A stretch of DNA of 64,000 nucleotides. It comes from Candidatus Peregrinibacteria bacterium GW2011_GWA2_33_10. GTDB taxonomy: Bacteria; Patescibacteriota; Gracilibacteria; UBA1369; GWC2-33-13. Position 1 is the first letter of the stretch; the number at the start of each line of letters is the position of its first letter. A program made the translations under genes and the position numbers. A model generated the notes under the pieces. It saw nothing but the letters and a program-made list of their open reading frames with translations, ran no database searches and was not told where the DNA came from. Location of the stretch: contig LBOO01000010.1 in NCBI GenBank assembly GCA_000989565.1, forward strand, positions 15,736 to 79,735, given 5' to 3'. Positions 17,535 to 29,000 of the stretch are shown here, piece after piece.

Positions 17535-19373
17535 ATGCAGAGACTTGATAATCATTTAAGGTTAGATGAGGCAAATGGTTTGATTGCAAAAGAACAGCTG
17601 TATTTTATTGTTGGTTTATCAAATGGGATAAATGAAAATCCTGAGCAGAATCTTTATTTGCCTTTTGATATGGTTAGGTATTTGGATTATTTGGCCAGAA
17701 ATGATGGTTTGATTATGCTTTTTGATGCTCCGAATATTGGAGGTGGATTGCCTGATTCTGTATGGGAAAAAGCGTGCGGAGACATGCGAAATAGAATTCA
17801 GTGTTTGATAGATGCTTTTGAATTTAAGGAATTAAAAGTCTTGAAAGCTTCCGAAGCTATTGATAAAGACAGATTTATTGAAACTTTTGAGTCGGTAAGA
17901 AAAATTGTAATTCAGAATAGTGATATCGCTGAAAAAATGTGGCAAATAGTTCCTCCCAGCGCGAGATTAAGCGAGAATTTGGATGCAAAATGTAAAATCA
18001 GTAATTTGACTAGTGAGGAAAAAGAAAGAGCGTTTAAGCTAATGGAATATGAAATGCAACATGTGGCGGCAATTTTAGCTAATGATGGGACAAAAATCTT
18101 GCATGGCAGATCTGAAGAAAGAAGCGCGCAAATAGTTAAAATTTTGGCTGAAAATTTTTCAGATGAAACTTCATGCTTAAAATGGCAAGGTAATATCATG
18201 AATCCTTCAGAATTAAAAGATAGGAGACTGGACCCTGAAAAATATCCTTTACCATATCGTCTCGCAGATATTAAGTCAGTGGAAGAAATCAATTATTTTA
18301 TTTTGAGTTTTGGTCAAATACCTTTAATTCCTTCAATTCATCTTGGCGACTCTATTTTTGAATTATCTCGTTTAGGTAAAAAAGATTTGATTAGAAAATA
18401 TTTATTAAATAATTTCAGATCTGAAAATGATAAAATTTTAATTGATCAACTGGATTTTGAGATAATGAAAGATTGTTATATTTTGGCGAGTTTTCTGGTT
18501 AATAAAATAATCTGGCCTGTTGAGAGAAAAAAACTGGAAAAAATAAAAGAAAACTCTGATCCTGTTTTGGAATCCAAAGCTATGTTACAGGTTTTGAATA
18601 TTCAGAGTGATATTTGTTTATCACCTTTTTTTAAAACAATAATTGAAAAAGTCATGCCGACCTATTATGGAAAATGCGATATGTCGGATCTCAAAGTTTA
18701 TTTAAAATGGTTAATAGAGGGTATTGTCGGTCCGTTTTCAATTTGTCCCGATTCTTTTGAAAGAGATATGTTGCAACATTGTATTTATCAATTATCGGAT
18801 ATTTATAATATCTTGGGAGGGGACGAACTTGAACTTAGCAAAAATCCCAACTGGATAAATATTTTTTTTGAGATTGATGCTGACTTAAATCATGGAAAAT
18901 TAACCTCCGTTTTAATGAATAACGCGGTTTCAATGAAAAATGTGCCGGAAATACGCACTCAAGAATCAGAAAATTTAAAATACATAGCGGGCGTTAATTA
19001 TTTTGACATGCAATTTGATAATATTTCTTTTCTTAGCCCTCTTGACATGAAACTTCCTGAGAATAGAGAGTTGAGAAAAACTTTCCTGTTGCATATTTTG
19101 ATGCCTTATTTTAATAAAACCAATCCCGGGGTTATTTCTTTATTGAATAGATCTTTGGGTACTTCTACGGAACAGATGACTATTTCTTTATTTTTTGAAA
19201 ACTTTCTAAGCAATTTTTGTAAAAATATTGCCGCTAAAAATGGTATGAGCTTGAATGTATTAAAAATTATTTGCAACTGCGCCTTAAGAGATCATACTTT
19301 AAATTCCGGATATTGGGATTATCTATGTTTTTTGTCAGGTATTGATTCTTTATCTCAAGATGAAATTGTATGA
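17535..19373 (+). CDS. Hypothetical protein, N-terminus weakly Rossmann/class-I-synthetase-like
   Basis: 612-aa ORF with own promoter; fold call is weak. Confidence 0.7.
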   Translation: MQRLDNHLRLDEANGLIAKEQLYFIVGLSNGINENPEQNLYLPFDMVRYLDYLARNDGLIMLFDAPNIGGGLPDSVWEKACGDMRNRIQCLIDAFEFKELKVLKASEAIDKDRFIETFESVRKIVIQNSDIAEKMWQIVPPSARLSENLDAKCKISNLTSEEKERAFKLMEYEMQHVAAILANDGTKILHGRSEERSAQIVKILAENFSDETSCLKWQGNIMNPSELKDRRLDPEKYPLPYRLADIKSVEEINYFILSFGQIPLIPSIHLGDSIFELSRLGKKDLIRKYLLNNFRSENDKILIDQLDFEIMKDCYILASFLVNKIIWPVERKKLEKIKENSDPVLESKAMLQVLNIQSDICLSPFFKTIIEKVMPTYYGKCDMSDLKVYLKWLIEGIVGPFSICPDSFERDMLQHCIYQLSDIYNILGGDELELSKNPNWINIFFEIDADLNHGKLTSVLMNNAVSMKNVPEIRTQESENLKYIAGVNYFDMQFDNISFLSPLDMKLPENRELRKTFLLHILMPYFNKTNPGVISLLNRSLGTSTEQMTISLFFENFLSNFCKNIAAKNGMSLNVLKIICNCALRDHTLNSGYWDYLCFLSGIDSLSQDEIV

Positions 19374-19382
19374 AAAAAAAAT

Positions 19383-20153
19383 TCAGTTATTGGTTTTATT
19401 CGTAAATTCTCTGATTATCTGAAAAACAGTTCTCATGTTATCGGCAATTAATCGGTTTTCAATGATTACGCCACTCATGTCTTTTGGATCGTATGACCAG
19501 AAAGCCGTTTTGTCGCCATAAATCGCAGTGGTTAGAGTAAAGGGGAATTTTTGAAAATCGACAAATATGAATTCGTCGTAGCTTTCAGAGGCGATTTTTT
19601 TATATTCTCGAGCTTTTTCACCGTCATTTAAAATTATTTTATTTTTATTTTTATGCTTGTTACATGTAGGTATGTAAACATTGTAGGTGTATTCTCGAAT
19701 TTTCGGGTGCATCATGTTGTGTCCGGAAATGTATAAAACTGTTTGATCTTTAGTCGCAAAGTCGTCAAGCATACGGCAAAGTCCTTCGATGCCTTCGAAA
19801 TAAAGCACATTCGATTTATTGATTTTTGACTGTTTAATTGTATTTAAGATAGGAATGAATGTTTGGGAATCATTAATTAATTTTTGGACTTTTGCTTTTT
19901 TCTCCAACAGTTTATATTCGAGTAATTCGGGATTGATACAGTTAAAATATATAACTTTTTTGCGTTGAATTTTGCCGGCAAATCCTTTTTTTATCAGTTC
20001 TTCAAATATAAATCTTGTTGTGGTTCTCGGAAGATTTAATTTTTTGGCAATTATACTCGCGGGCTGGGAACCGTATTTTAAAGAAGCAAGATATATTTCA
20101 ATTTCTTTATTATTTAAGTCAAAATTTTTGAGAAATGATCTTAAGTTGAGCAT
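19383..20153 (-). CDS. TrmB family transcriptional regulator
   Basis: LNNKEIEIYLASLKYGSQPASIIAKKLNLPRTT; VLYFEGIEG; IYGDKTAF..GVIIEN. Confidence 0.9.
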   Translation of the reverse strand: MLNLRSFLKNFDLNNKEIEIYLASLKYGSQPASIIAKKLNLPRTTTRFIFEELIKKGFAGKIQRKKVIYFNCINPELLEYKLLEKKAKVQKLINDSQTFIPILNTIKQSKINKSNVLYFEGIEGLCRMLDDFATKDQTVLYISGHNMMHPKIREYTYNVYIPTCNKHKNKNKIILNDGEKAREYKKIASESYDEFIFVDFQKFPFTLTTAIYGDKTAFWSYDPKDMSGVIIENRLIADNMRTVFQIIREFTNKTNN

Positions 20154-20281
20154 GTATAAATTTTACCAAAGCAGTATATAATAATTACCAATTATGTCAA
20201 TACTTTTGTCTTGGTTCTAATCATATAATTATAGTATGATTATCTATTAAAAAATTCGTTGTTTATTTTAACTTTTTATTT

Positions 20282-22501
20282 ATGAGAAATATTCAGGGAG
20301 AATTGGATAATAACATTATTCCATTTCCGATTCCGAAAACCAAGGCATTAAATCCCGACGCTTATTATAAAAAGGAGGAACCGAAAGATGAGTTAGGCGA
20401 CGAGATGATTGACTTTATTGAAGATGCGGATTCATATAGAATCTCTTCTATCAATTCAGAAAATTTTAAAGATTTTTATCACTTCTTGATAAAGGGAAGT
20501 TTACAAAAAAATGATCATCCGATGTTAATTCAAACTTTAGATAGATTAGAGAAAATAATGGATGTGATCGAATATGCAAACCAAGGAAGAGATGAGGATA
20601 AAAAGATTTATTTATTTAATTTACTTTTTGAAGCCAATAATCTGAAAGCAGAATCGGATATTGATCACTCCCTTATTTTCGGTAGAGAAAAACTGCGGAA
20701 CATTACCAAGCTGGAACAATATTTACTGGCATATAGAGATTTAATCCATGCATACTTAAAAGAAGATGAGAGTTCTATGCAATTAATCAATAACTCTTTA
20801 AAAAAATGCCGAAAATTACAATTCAGAATTGAACTTTCCATGATTTTTACAAAAATCAGATATTATTTACAAACAAGCGGCGCGTTCGCATCCCTTTTGT
20901 TTGTTGATGATATAGATAGAATTATAAAACCGGCTCCTCAATCATTCAATTTTGAAGAATTGAGTGGCAATATCGAAATTCCTCAATTGAACGAAATTGA
21001 TCTGCAAGAATCAGATTGGAACGCTCTTCATGCGGAACATAAAGAACTATTTTCGACTTTTTTGCAATTGGAAGACATGCCTAAAGAGAGTTTAGTGAAA
21101 CCTTTCTCGGTTGTATCATTGAGCATTAAACAAGGGAACGGGATAACTCAAGCCATTTATTCATATTTAATCAAGCATTTTGATGAGAATTCGGTGTTAA
21201 AATTTTTTAATCAAAAAAGTATTTTAGATATTTTAAATCCTTTAATTATTGAAAGACCTGACACGTGGCAAGATGGAAAATTACCAAAAATCGTAAGAGC
21301 CGGTGATAACTTTAAAATTAATCAAGACGCTCTTTTTGATGCAGTGAAAATATTGGAGAAAAATCCAAACAAGGCTTTTGTCCGGAAAGAAGTTGATAAG
21401 AAACCTGAGTCGAAGATGAGCGATGATTTTGAAAAGTTTAAGGGTGTATTTTTCGAAGACACAAATGATGGCATAAATGTCGGCAATAAGGATTCAATAG
21501 ATAAAGCTTTTTTTCTTGATGAAAATAATAACCCCATACCAACAAAAGAAGTGAGGAGGCCTGAATTCTCGAAAACCGAGAAACTTAATGATCAAATGTC
21601 AGATGATAATCCGACAACACATGTGTCTGCTCGGCACATAATCGGAGATTCTCAGCATTCCTTATTTGGATCCAATAAAGTGGATTTAAAAAAACCTTCC
21701 CCCTTAAGAATTGACATGGATAATTATAATCAAACACTGGCTATGTTATACGCGAATTCAGATGGTCCCGAAAACTTGAAAAAATTTCCTTCTGTGAGGC
21801 AATACTTTGTGGATCAACTTTCAACTTGCCCATCTTATATATCTTTATCCAAGAATATTGATGCCAATTTGATGTCCGGAATTTTTATCGATTATTTCAT
21901 TGAGCTTTTAAGTAAAAATTACGGAACAAATCATGCAAATTATGATATAGATTCTTTGAGAAATTTTTTTGACACTGATAAAAATTCCCAAAAATGGCTA
22001 TGGAATAATTTAAATAAATATCTGGAAAAAAACTCTGTAATTGGCATGAATGGAGATAGAGTTATTAATTTTCCCGGATTTCAGCAAGATATTTTAGGGA
22101 ATGTGATGAAGGAATCAAAAAGTTATTATGAGAAGAAAATGGAATCGCAAAGTCCCAAAGGCGGAGTACGTAACTTTTTCGGAAAAATTTTTAAGCGTAA
22201 AGAGGCTGAACCTGTGGCAATGACAAATGCTGATCCATTGGAGATTATTATTCCTGAAGGAGAAAGAGATACTATGGAATATTTATCACGAATTTATGAT
22301 TTCGGTATTTTATACAATGCCAGAGCTTTAAGTAACTTGAAAAATAATGATCCGAAAACTCACAGTCAATTAATGGAAATTAAATTTATTATAGAAAAAA
22401 GTCGGCAAAATCATGATTCCGGTAAACCTGTTGTACACATACCTTATCATTTAAAGCAGATATTTTATGATGTAATTAAGAAAAAAAATATTCGCGCTTG
22501 A
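20282..22501 (+). CDS. Hypothetical protein (paralog of the next gene)
   Basis: 739 aa; shares blocks with 22563-24368. Confidence 0.75.
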   Translation: MRNIQGELDNNIIPFPIPKTKALNPDAYYKKEEPKDELGDEMIDFIEDADSYRISSINSENFKDFYHFLIKGSLQKNDHPMLIQTLDRLEKIMDVIEYANQGRDEDKKIYLFNLLFEANNLKAESDIDHSLIFGREKLRNITKLEQYLLAYRDLIHAYLKEDESSMQLINNSLKKCRKLQFRIELSMIFTKIRYYLQTSGAFASLLFVDDIDRIIKPAPQSFNFEELSGNIEIPQLNEIDLQESDWNALHAEHKELFSTFLQLEDMPKESLVKPFSVVSLSIKQGNGITQAIYSYLIKHFDENSVLKFFNQKSILDILNPLIIERPDTWQDGKLPKIVRAGDNFKINQDALFDAVKILEKNPNKAFVRKEVDKKPESKMSDDFEKFKGVFFEDTNDGINVGNKDSIDKAFFLDENNNPIPTKEVRRPEFSKTEKLNDQMSDDNPTTHVSARHIIGDSQHSLFGSNKVDLKKPSPLRIDMDNYNQTLAMLYANSDGPENLKKFPSVRQYFVDQLSTCPSYISLSKNIDANLMSGIFIDYFIELLSKNYGTNHANYDIDSLRNFFDTDKNSQKWLWNNLNKYLEKNSVIGMNGDRVINFPGFQQDILGNVMKESKSYYEKKMESQSPKGGVRNFFGKIFKRKEAEPVAMTNADPLEIIIPEGERDTMEYLSRIYDFGILYNARALSNLKNNDPKTHSQLMEIKFIIEKSRQNHDSGKPVVHIPYHLKQIFYDVIKKKNIRA

Positions 22502-22562
22502 TTTTTATACAGATAATTTCGGATTATATTGCAAGTTTTTAAACAATCAATTACTTTAATAT

Positions 22563-24368
22563 ATGTCAGATAATAATATTTATTTAGATGAAAATTATAA
22601 AAACTCGGTACACGCTTCTTCTCCTGATGATGATGATAAATTCGGTTTTTTTATAAATGAAAAAAAAGATCCAGAGAATGGCGATACTAAAAACGCTATT
22701 TTGGATGATGATACAGGCTTTTTCGAAGATTCCAATAAATTCGATGCTTATGTTGAATTTAATAATACTGTTCAGAATCTTAAATTGGAAAAAATTGAAA
22801 ATACTGATTTAATAAATGATTTAATCAGAAAAGGCACTGAATTGGGTGATAGTGAAATCCTCAAAGCCAGCTTGGATAAGTTGAATAATTTTAAAAGATT
22901 TTTCGATATCGTTCGGCAAAAAGGTTTAGGTTATCTAAAGCCATATTTGGATACACCTCCAGACCTCGAGATTGATGAAGAAAACGATTATTTGATAATT
23001 CCGGGCCGGAAAAAAATTTTAGAAATCAGAGAATTTCAAAGGAGATTAAATAATTATAAAAATCTTATTAGTGTATATGCTTATGAACAAATAAGCGCCA
23101 TTAAATTAATTGAAGAACAAATAAAAAAATGTGAAAAAGTTATAAGTAAAATCGAAATCAGAAGAAAAATCACCAAGTATAGATACGCGATTCAAACGAG
23201 CATCGCCGTAGGAATAGCTTTGGCAGTTCCGGCGGATAATAAAACTGTCTTTGAAAGACCGGCTTCCGCTTATGTAGAACGCGTTGACATGGATTTCGGG
23301 CCTCAAACCTTGCCGGAAGATTTAGAGCCGGAAAATGAATATGCCGCCGAAAAAACATTTTTAAAAATTGCTCAAGGAAAAGGTATAACGCAAACCATTG
23401 AAGATCATTTAAAAAAGAAATACGATCCTAATCTTTTGAATGATTTTTTCAATCAAAAAAGAATTTTAGCCATTTTAGATCCTTTAATCGGAGACAAGCC
23501 CGATGCGTGGAATGAAAAATTGCCGAATAATGTCAAACCAACGGATAAATTTTCATTTGATGACAAAGGTGCGGATGATGCTTTAAATAAATTTATCAAA
23601 TCTCAAGAGCAGAAAAAGCATTTCGTGGTTCAAAGAGAAAGGCCTAGTTTTAAAGCAAAAGCAAGTGATTTGAAGGAAAAAAAATCATTACCCCAAAAAT
23701 TTTCCGATGATACAATTAAAAGTGAAAAAACTGATCAGGAGCAAGAAAGTACGCAAAAAAATGCCGGCAAATTCCAAGCATCTGAGCCATCTATTGCGAG
23801 GCCGAAAATTGATGACAATGAATATTTTCGATCTAATGGGACGGTAAGAATTGATCGTGCAGTCTATTATAAAAATTTGGCAATGGCGAAACACGCAGGT
23901 TATGAAGGTAATTTTCCGAATTCCGTTGAATATTTTTCTAATCAATTATTAACGAGAAACCCAAAATTCGTGGTTCTTCCTCATTATACAACTCAAACTT
24001 TTGTTTCAGGCGTGCTAATGGACTTTACAAAAAATTTATATGATGGAAATTCAGGAATTGATCTTTCAAAAATTGACCGTGGGAGAACGCTTCAGCAGTT
24101 ACGAAGTTTTCAAAGTTTATTGGCCAATAATAAAGAAGCGCAGAATTGGCTTTGGAAGCAGCTGGAATTTTATTTGGAAAAAAATCAATCTATTGGCAAA
24201 GACGGAGATATTGTCATAAATTGGACAAGCTTCCAAACTGATATTTTGGAAGAATTGATTAGTAAATCATGCGATTATTTGGAAAAATTTCAGAAAAACG
24301 CAGATCAAAAATACAATTCAGGTCTTTTTGGTCGTGTAAAAAGTTTCTTTGAAAAAAGATTTGTTTAA
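22563..24368 (+). CDS. Hypothetical protein (paralog of the previous gene)
   Basis: 601 aa; shared QGxGITQ, FFNQKxIL, WLWxxLxxYLEKN blocks. Confidence 0.75.
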   Translation: MSDNNIYLDENYKNSVHASSPDDDDKFGFFINEKKDPENGDTKNAILDDDTGFFEDSNKFDAYVEFNNTVQNLKLEKIENTDLINDLIRKGTELGDSEILKASLDKLNNFKRFFDIVRQKGLGYLKPYLDTPPDLEIDEENDYLIIPGRKKILEIREFQRRLNNYKNLISVYAYEQISAIKLIEEQIKKCEKVISKIEIRRKITKYRYAIQTSIAVGIALAVPADNKTVFERPASAYVERVDMDFGPQTLPEDLEPENEYAAEKTFLKIAQGKGITQTIEDHLKKKYDPNLLNDFFNQKRILAILDPLIGDKPDAWNEKLPNNVKPTDKFSFDDKGADDALNKFIKSQEQKKHFVVQRERPSFKAKASDLKEKKSLPQKFSDDTIKSEKTDQEQESTQKNAGKFQASEPSIARPKIDDNEYFRSNGTVRIDRAVYYKNLAMAKHAGYEGNFPNSVEYFSNQLLTRNPKFVVLPHYTTQTFVSGVLMDFTKNLYDGNSGIDLSKIDRGRTLQQLRSFQSLLANNKEAQNWLWKQLEFYLEKNQSIGKDGDIVINWTSFQTDILEELISKSCDYLEKFQKNADQKYNSGLFGRVKSFFEKRFV

Positions 24369-25054
24369 ATATGCCAGCCTTTCTTTTCTAATGCTCTATC
24401 TGCCGCTTGCACTTCGGCTTTTTGCTTGCTCGGACCTTCACCCGTGGAGATTAATTCATCGCCCAAATACGCGCCCATCGTAAAAATTTTACTGTGATCC
24501 GGACCTTCTTCACTTTCCAGCCGGTATTCAGGGGTAATCGCGAGTTTTTCTTGGGCCATTTCTTGAAACAATGATTTGGCGTCTATATGTTTTTTTTGTT
24601 CAATGATTTCCTCCAAATATTTGATAATGAATTGATTTATAAATTCCTTGGCAACTTCATACTTTTTATCCAAATAAATCGCGCCAATGAATGCTTCCAA
24701 AGTATTCGCAAGCAAATAATTCTTTTTTCTTCCTCCTGAATTTTCTTCGCCACGGCTTAAAAATAAATATTTGCCCAACTGCAATTCATTTGCCACTTTT
24801 GCCAGATGTTCGCCTTTAACCAAAGCGCTTCGCCAATTTGTCAATTCTCCTTCAGCATTTTTGTAATTTAAATATAAAAATTCCGTGACCACCAGTTCCA
24901 ATACGGCATCGCCCAAAAATTCCAATCTTTCATTGTCTTCCAAATCATTATTTGAGATTTCATTCAAATATGATTTATGAATAAATACATTTTCCAATAA
25001 TTTTCGATTGGTGAATTTGATATTAATTTTTTGTTCTAATTCTTGATATTTCAC
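24365..25054 (-). CDS. rnc: Ribonuclease III
   Basis: NERLEFLGDAVLE, EAFIGAIYLD, dsRBD with GPDH..SKQKAEVQAA; GTG start. Confidence 0.97.
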   Translation of the reverse strand: MKYQELEQKINIKFTNRKLLENVFIHKSYLNEISNNDLEDNERLEFLGDAVLELVVTEFLYLNYKNAEGELTNWRSALVKGEHLAKVANELQLGKYLFLSRGEENSGGRKKNYLLANTLEAFIGAIYLDKKYEVAKEFINQFIIKYLEEIIEQKKHIDAKSLFQEMAQEKLAITPEYRLESEEGPDHSKIFTMGAYLGDELISTGEGPSKQKAEVQAADRALEKKGWHI

Positions 25055-25071
25055 AAATTTATGGATGATTA

Positions 25072-25446
25072 TTATATCTTCTTTTTATTTATTTTTGTTT
25101 TATAATCTTCATAAATGGAACTAAGTACTCCGTTGATAAATTTCGGTGAATTGTCTCCTCCATATTGCTTGGCGATTTCTATAGCTTCATTTATAGCAAC
25201 CAGAGGCGGTATATCATCTGAATACAGAATCTCATAAATTCCCATTTTGAGAATATTTCTATCTATAATGGCAATTTTTTCAAGAGGCCATTGCGGCGCG
25301 TGAGCTATAATTTCTTTTACCAAACTTTCGTTCATTCGTAAAATTCCATCAAGTAGAGTTTTTGAAAAGGTTTTATCGAGATTTTGAAAAATTGAATCTT
25401 CTAAAATGTAATCCAATAATTGTTCAGGGTTTACTTTGTTGTCCCT
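25072..25446 (-). CDS. nusB: Transcription antitermination factor NusB, N-terminus missing
   Basis: [26 protein letters not shown]; frame opens at [13 protein letters not shown] with no ATG and no N-terminal Arg-rich helix. Confidence 0.88.
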   Translation of the reverse strand, partial: RDNKVNPEQLLDYILEDSIFQNLDKTFSKTLLDGILRMNESLVKEIIAHAPQWPLEKIAIIDRNILKMGIYEILYSDDIPPLVAINEAIEIAKQYGGDNSPKFINGVLSSIYEDYKTKINKKKI

Positions 25447-25663
25447 TTTCGATTTCTTTGGATTTGTTTATTATTTGCTTTCCTTTGTATGTTCCACATG
25501 AAGCGCATACTTTGTGCAATAATTTAGGTGTTGCGCATGTTGGGCAATTCTCCAACCTTACGGTATTATTAAGCCTCTTAATAACACTATTTTTAAACTC
25601 AGCATATCTGCGGGATGTACGTCCTTTTGAAGTTTTTTTCTTTGGTACTGGATGTTTAGCCAT
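25424..25663 (-). CDS. rpmF: 50S ribosomal protein L32
   Basis: [23 protein letters not shown]; the last residues probably come from a deletion junction. Confidence 0.93.
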   Translation of the reverse strand: MAKHPVPKKKTSKGRTSRRYAEFKNSVIKRLNNTVRLENCPTCATPKLLHKVCASCGTYKGKQIINKSKEIEKGQQSKP

Positions 25664-25748
25664 TTTTTAAAAGTTAAATTCTGAATTTAAGTTAATTCTT
25701 ATCGGCAAAATTTTACTGAACTTTGAGATAAAATGCAAATATTATTTT

Positions 25749-25910
25749 TTAAACATTATTATTTGCGCAATTTTCCAAATTTATTGAACCTTTTTTTTGA
25801 ATTAACCGAGCTTTCAAATTTTGCGTTTGGATAGCCGCAATTAAGATTAAACCGGTTACTAAGATTGATATGATAATTAATCCGAATTTTTGTTTTAATG
25901 CTTTTTTCAT
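25749..25910 (-). CDS. Small single-TM protein
   Basis: MKKALKQKFGLIIISILVTGLILIAAIQTQNLK; resembles the N-terminus of 26036-29128. Confidence 0.55.
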   Translation of the reverse strand: MKKALKQKFGLIIISILVTGLILIAAIQTQNLKARLIQKKGSINLENCANNNV

Positions 25911-25977
25911 ATATTTTGTTTTTATTTTTCTTAAAAAAGATTTAATATAATACATCTTCTTTAAATTTAAGTCAATT

Positions 25978-26008
25978 AAAAAGGCCCCGTTTTTATCGGG
26001 GCCTTTTT
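25978..26008. terminator. Bidirectional intrinsic terminator
   Basis: aaaaaggccccg-ttttta-tcggggccttttt. Confidence 0.85.
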
Positions 26009-26035
26009 GTTACTCTTTAATATCAGAAGTTAATT

Positions 26036-29000
26036 TCAGGGAGTAGGAAGAGGGTTAACTCCACGTTCTTCCAACAAATTAGCAGCTTCCATTCTATCCA
26101 ATACAGCAGCTAATTGAGCTCTGTTTACGATTCCGTAAATGTCAGCTTTTACACCATTATCCGTGTCTTGACCGGTGATGATACCATAGAAATTAAGTGC
26201 TCCGATTGCTTGACAGTAAGGCAAGTCAGCCTCGTTCGCACAATCCGAGAAAATTTCTTTTACGTCATCAACACTTAAGTCACCTGCTACATCTTGCATG
26301 CCATAAGCACTTACAAGTAATTGAGCTAATTGACCTCTTGTGGCGGCGTTGAAGTAATTTGTTTGAGAATTACAATTTGTCCAACCATTGTCTTCACAAG
26401 TTCGGATATTACCTTTTGCCCAAGCCGGAGCATTTTCAGGATTTGTCGGCTCGCCAGTTTGGTCTTTTCCGTATTTATCACGAACGATAGTTGTAATTAC
26501 TTCAGCTAAAGCTGCAGGATCGCCCGGAGCAAAGCTTTTATCGGTATAATCATTTTCAATTTCTTTACCTTTGATCATACCCAATTGGCTCATAGCATTT
26601 GCTGACTTGTAATACCAGTCATCAATTTTTACATCGCCAAAATCAGTTAATCCTTCTTCAACAGCATATTTTTGTTCTTCGTTCTTTAATTTTATAATTG
26701 CTGATTTTGCTGTTGTTAAACAATTGATATCTTCTTTAGCGACACAAGCTTCGATTTCAACACGTTTGGCTTCGATTTTAGAAGCCATTTCGTCGTTAAT
26801 CGGATTTAATTTAGCCAATTCCGTAGTAGCTCCATCAAATTGTGTTTTTAATTTTTTGTTCTCTGAAGCCAATTCTTCGTTGGCTGATTCCAATTCGGCA
26901 ATTTTTTGAGCCATTTCGCTCATTCTTTTACCGATTTCATCTACTTTTCCGGTATCACCGACAGCTAGAACATTTTCCATTAAATTAGTATGTTTCTGTT
27001 CCAATGCTGATTTAACCTGTTGATTTGTGATTGTCGCTACAGTTTCAACCAAGCTGGAAACAACACTTTGGGTCATTTGTTCAACTTGTTGCAACATTTG
27101 AGCCATTTTGGCTTCAAACATCGCATTCAATTGTTGTTCAAATTGTTCAAAACTGACTGCTCTTGATGATTCTCCTGAATCACCTTCTTCAAACATGTAT
27201 CCAAATTTATCTTGAATTTGTTCATTATACATGCCTTCTTGATTTTTCATAGGGTAGCCCATTCCGGCTCCGCCTGAGATCTGCATCAAAGCGCGTTCGA
27301 AGTTTTCTTTGATAAATCCGGCTGAACGCATTGCTTCTTCAGCGCAGCCAAAATCTTCTACTGCTATACATTTTTCAGCTTCATTGGATAATCTTTTTGC
27401 TTTATCCAAAATTTTAATTAATGCATCTGTATTTTTGCCTTTTGCTTGTAAATCAGAGATAATTCCTTCTCCTTCAGCTATTCCGCTCTTTAAATCTTTT
27501 ACCCATCTAGAAATATCTTTGCCCATTCTGACATCTTTTACAGATTCATGAAGGTTTTTCACTTGTTCCCACATATCTCCCATTTCCCAACGAGCATCAT
27601 CAAATGCTGTTCTTACTGTATCGCCGTCTCCGCTATTGAATGCTTCTTCAATTGAAGTTACAAAAGCAGTACAAGTTTCCACTATTTTTTTAGCGGCTTC
27701 AGCATCTGCGCCTTCTTTTACAGCTCTACCTGTTTCTTTTTCAATATTTTTACATTCTCGTACAAAGTTTTCTTTTTCACGAGACATGTTTGCCAGCATC
27801 TCGAAACTTTGGAAAGACTGCCACATATCTTGGCGGCTCCAATTAAGTTCGTCTCTGCCTCCTTGGCATTCCTGCATTTGAGACATATATTCCATCTGAT
27901 CATAACAAGATTTTACAGTGTTAACTACGGCCTCAAAGTCAGTTAATTTAGTTTGAAAAGCGGCAATGGCTGAATTATCTGAGCCAAGTTGTTTTGCCAT
28001 TTTTTCAAGCATTCTTTTCCATGTTTTCAAATCGTTTGCATTCTCGCGTTCAACTTCTTTTTTCATTCTTTCAATATCTTTTTGAGCTCTTGGATCTTCA
28101 GAAATTTTTGGTCCGTTTTGGTCAAAATTTCCTTGCTCAAAATTTGGACCTTGCCATTGCTGTCCTTCTTTTCCATTGTTAAAATTGTAATTTCCCCATG
28201 GATCATTTGTCATTGGAGGATTCATTCCAGGCTGCCCCGGCATTCCAGGTTGAGTTGGAGCTCCATATTGAGGATTCATAGTATTATTCATGGCTTGTTC
28301 ACAACTCATGTTTGGAGGAAAACATGGAGCATCTGTTACGTTTCCACACCATGTACCGCCATTAGCAGAACATTCTTCCTGATCCATATACATCCAATCA
28401 GTACCGGCATCCGGATATTTTTGATCGGGATATTGCTGTCCAGGTTGTGTACCGTTTGGATATTGTTGTCCAGGGTATGGTTGTGGTTGTGTACCGTTCG
28501 GATATTGTTGTCCAGGGTATGGTTGTGGTTGTGTACCGTTCGGATATTGTTGTCCAGGGTATGGTTGATAAGGTTGTGTACCATTTGGATAAGGTTGACC
28601 ATTTGGTTGTGTGCCGTTTGGATATTGTTGTCCAGGCTGTGTGCCGCTTTGTTGATCACAGTGTACCTGACCATCAGGTGTTTTATAACAACCTGGAGGA
28701 ACTCCTTGTTGATCCATTGGATATTGTTGTCCAGGATATGGTTGATAAGGCTGTTGGCCGTTTGGATATGGCTGTCCGTTTGGTTGTGTACCATTTGGAT
28801 AAGGTTGTCCATTTGGAGGTGGCATTTGTCCGTCCGGTGGTGGTGGCATGTTGCCATTCGGTGGTGGTGGCATATTGCCATCCGGTGGTGGTGGCATATT
28901 GCCGTCCGGTGGTGGTGGCATATTGCCGTCCGGTGGTGGTGGCATATTGCCGTCCGGTGGTGGTGGCATTTGTCCCTCAGGTGGTGGTGGAGGATTATCT

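Noticed and set aside
7559-24364. Prophage or ICE in the accessory region
   Set aside because: No integrase, transposase, structural or conjugation genes recognised
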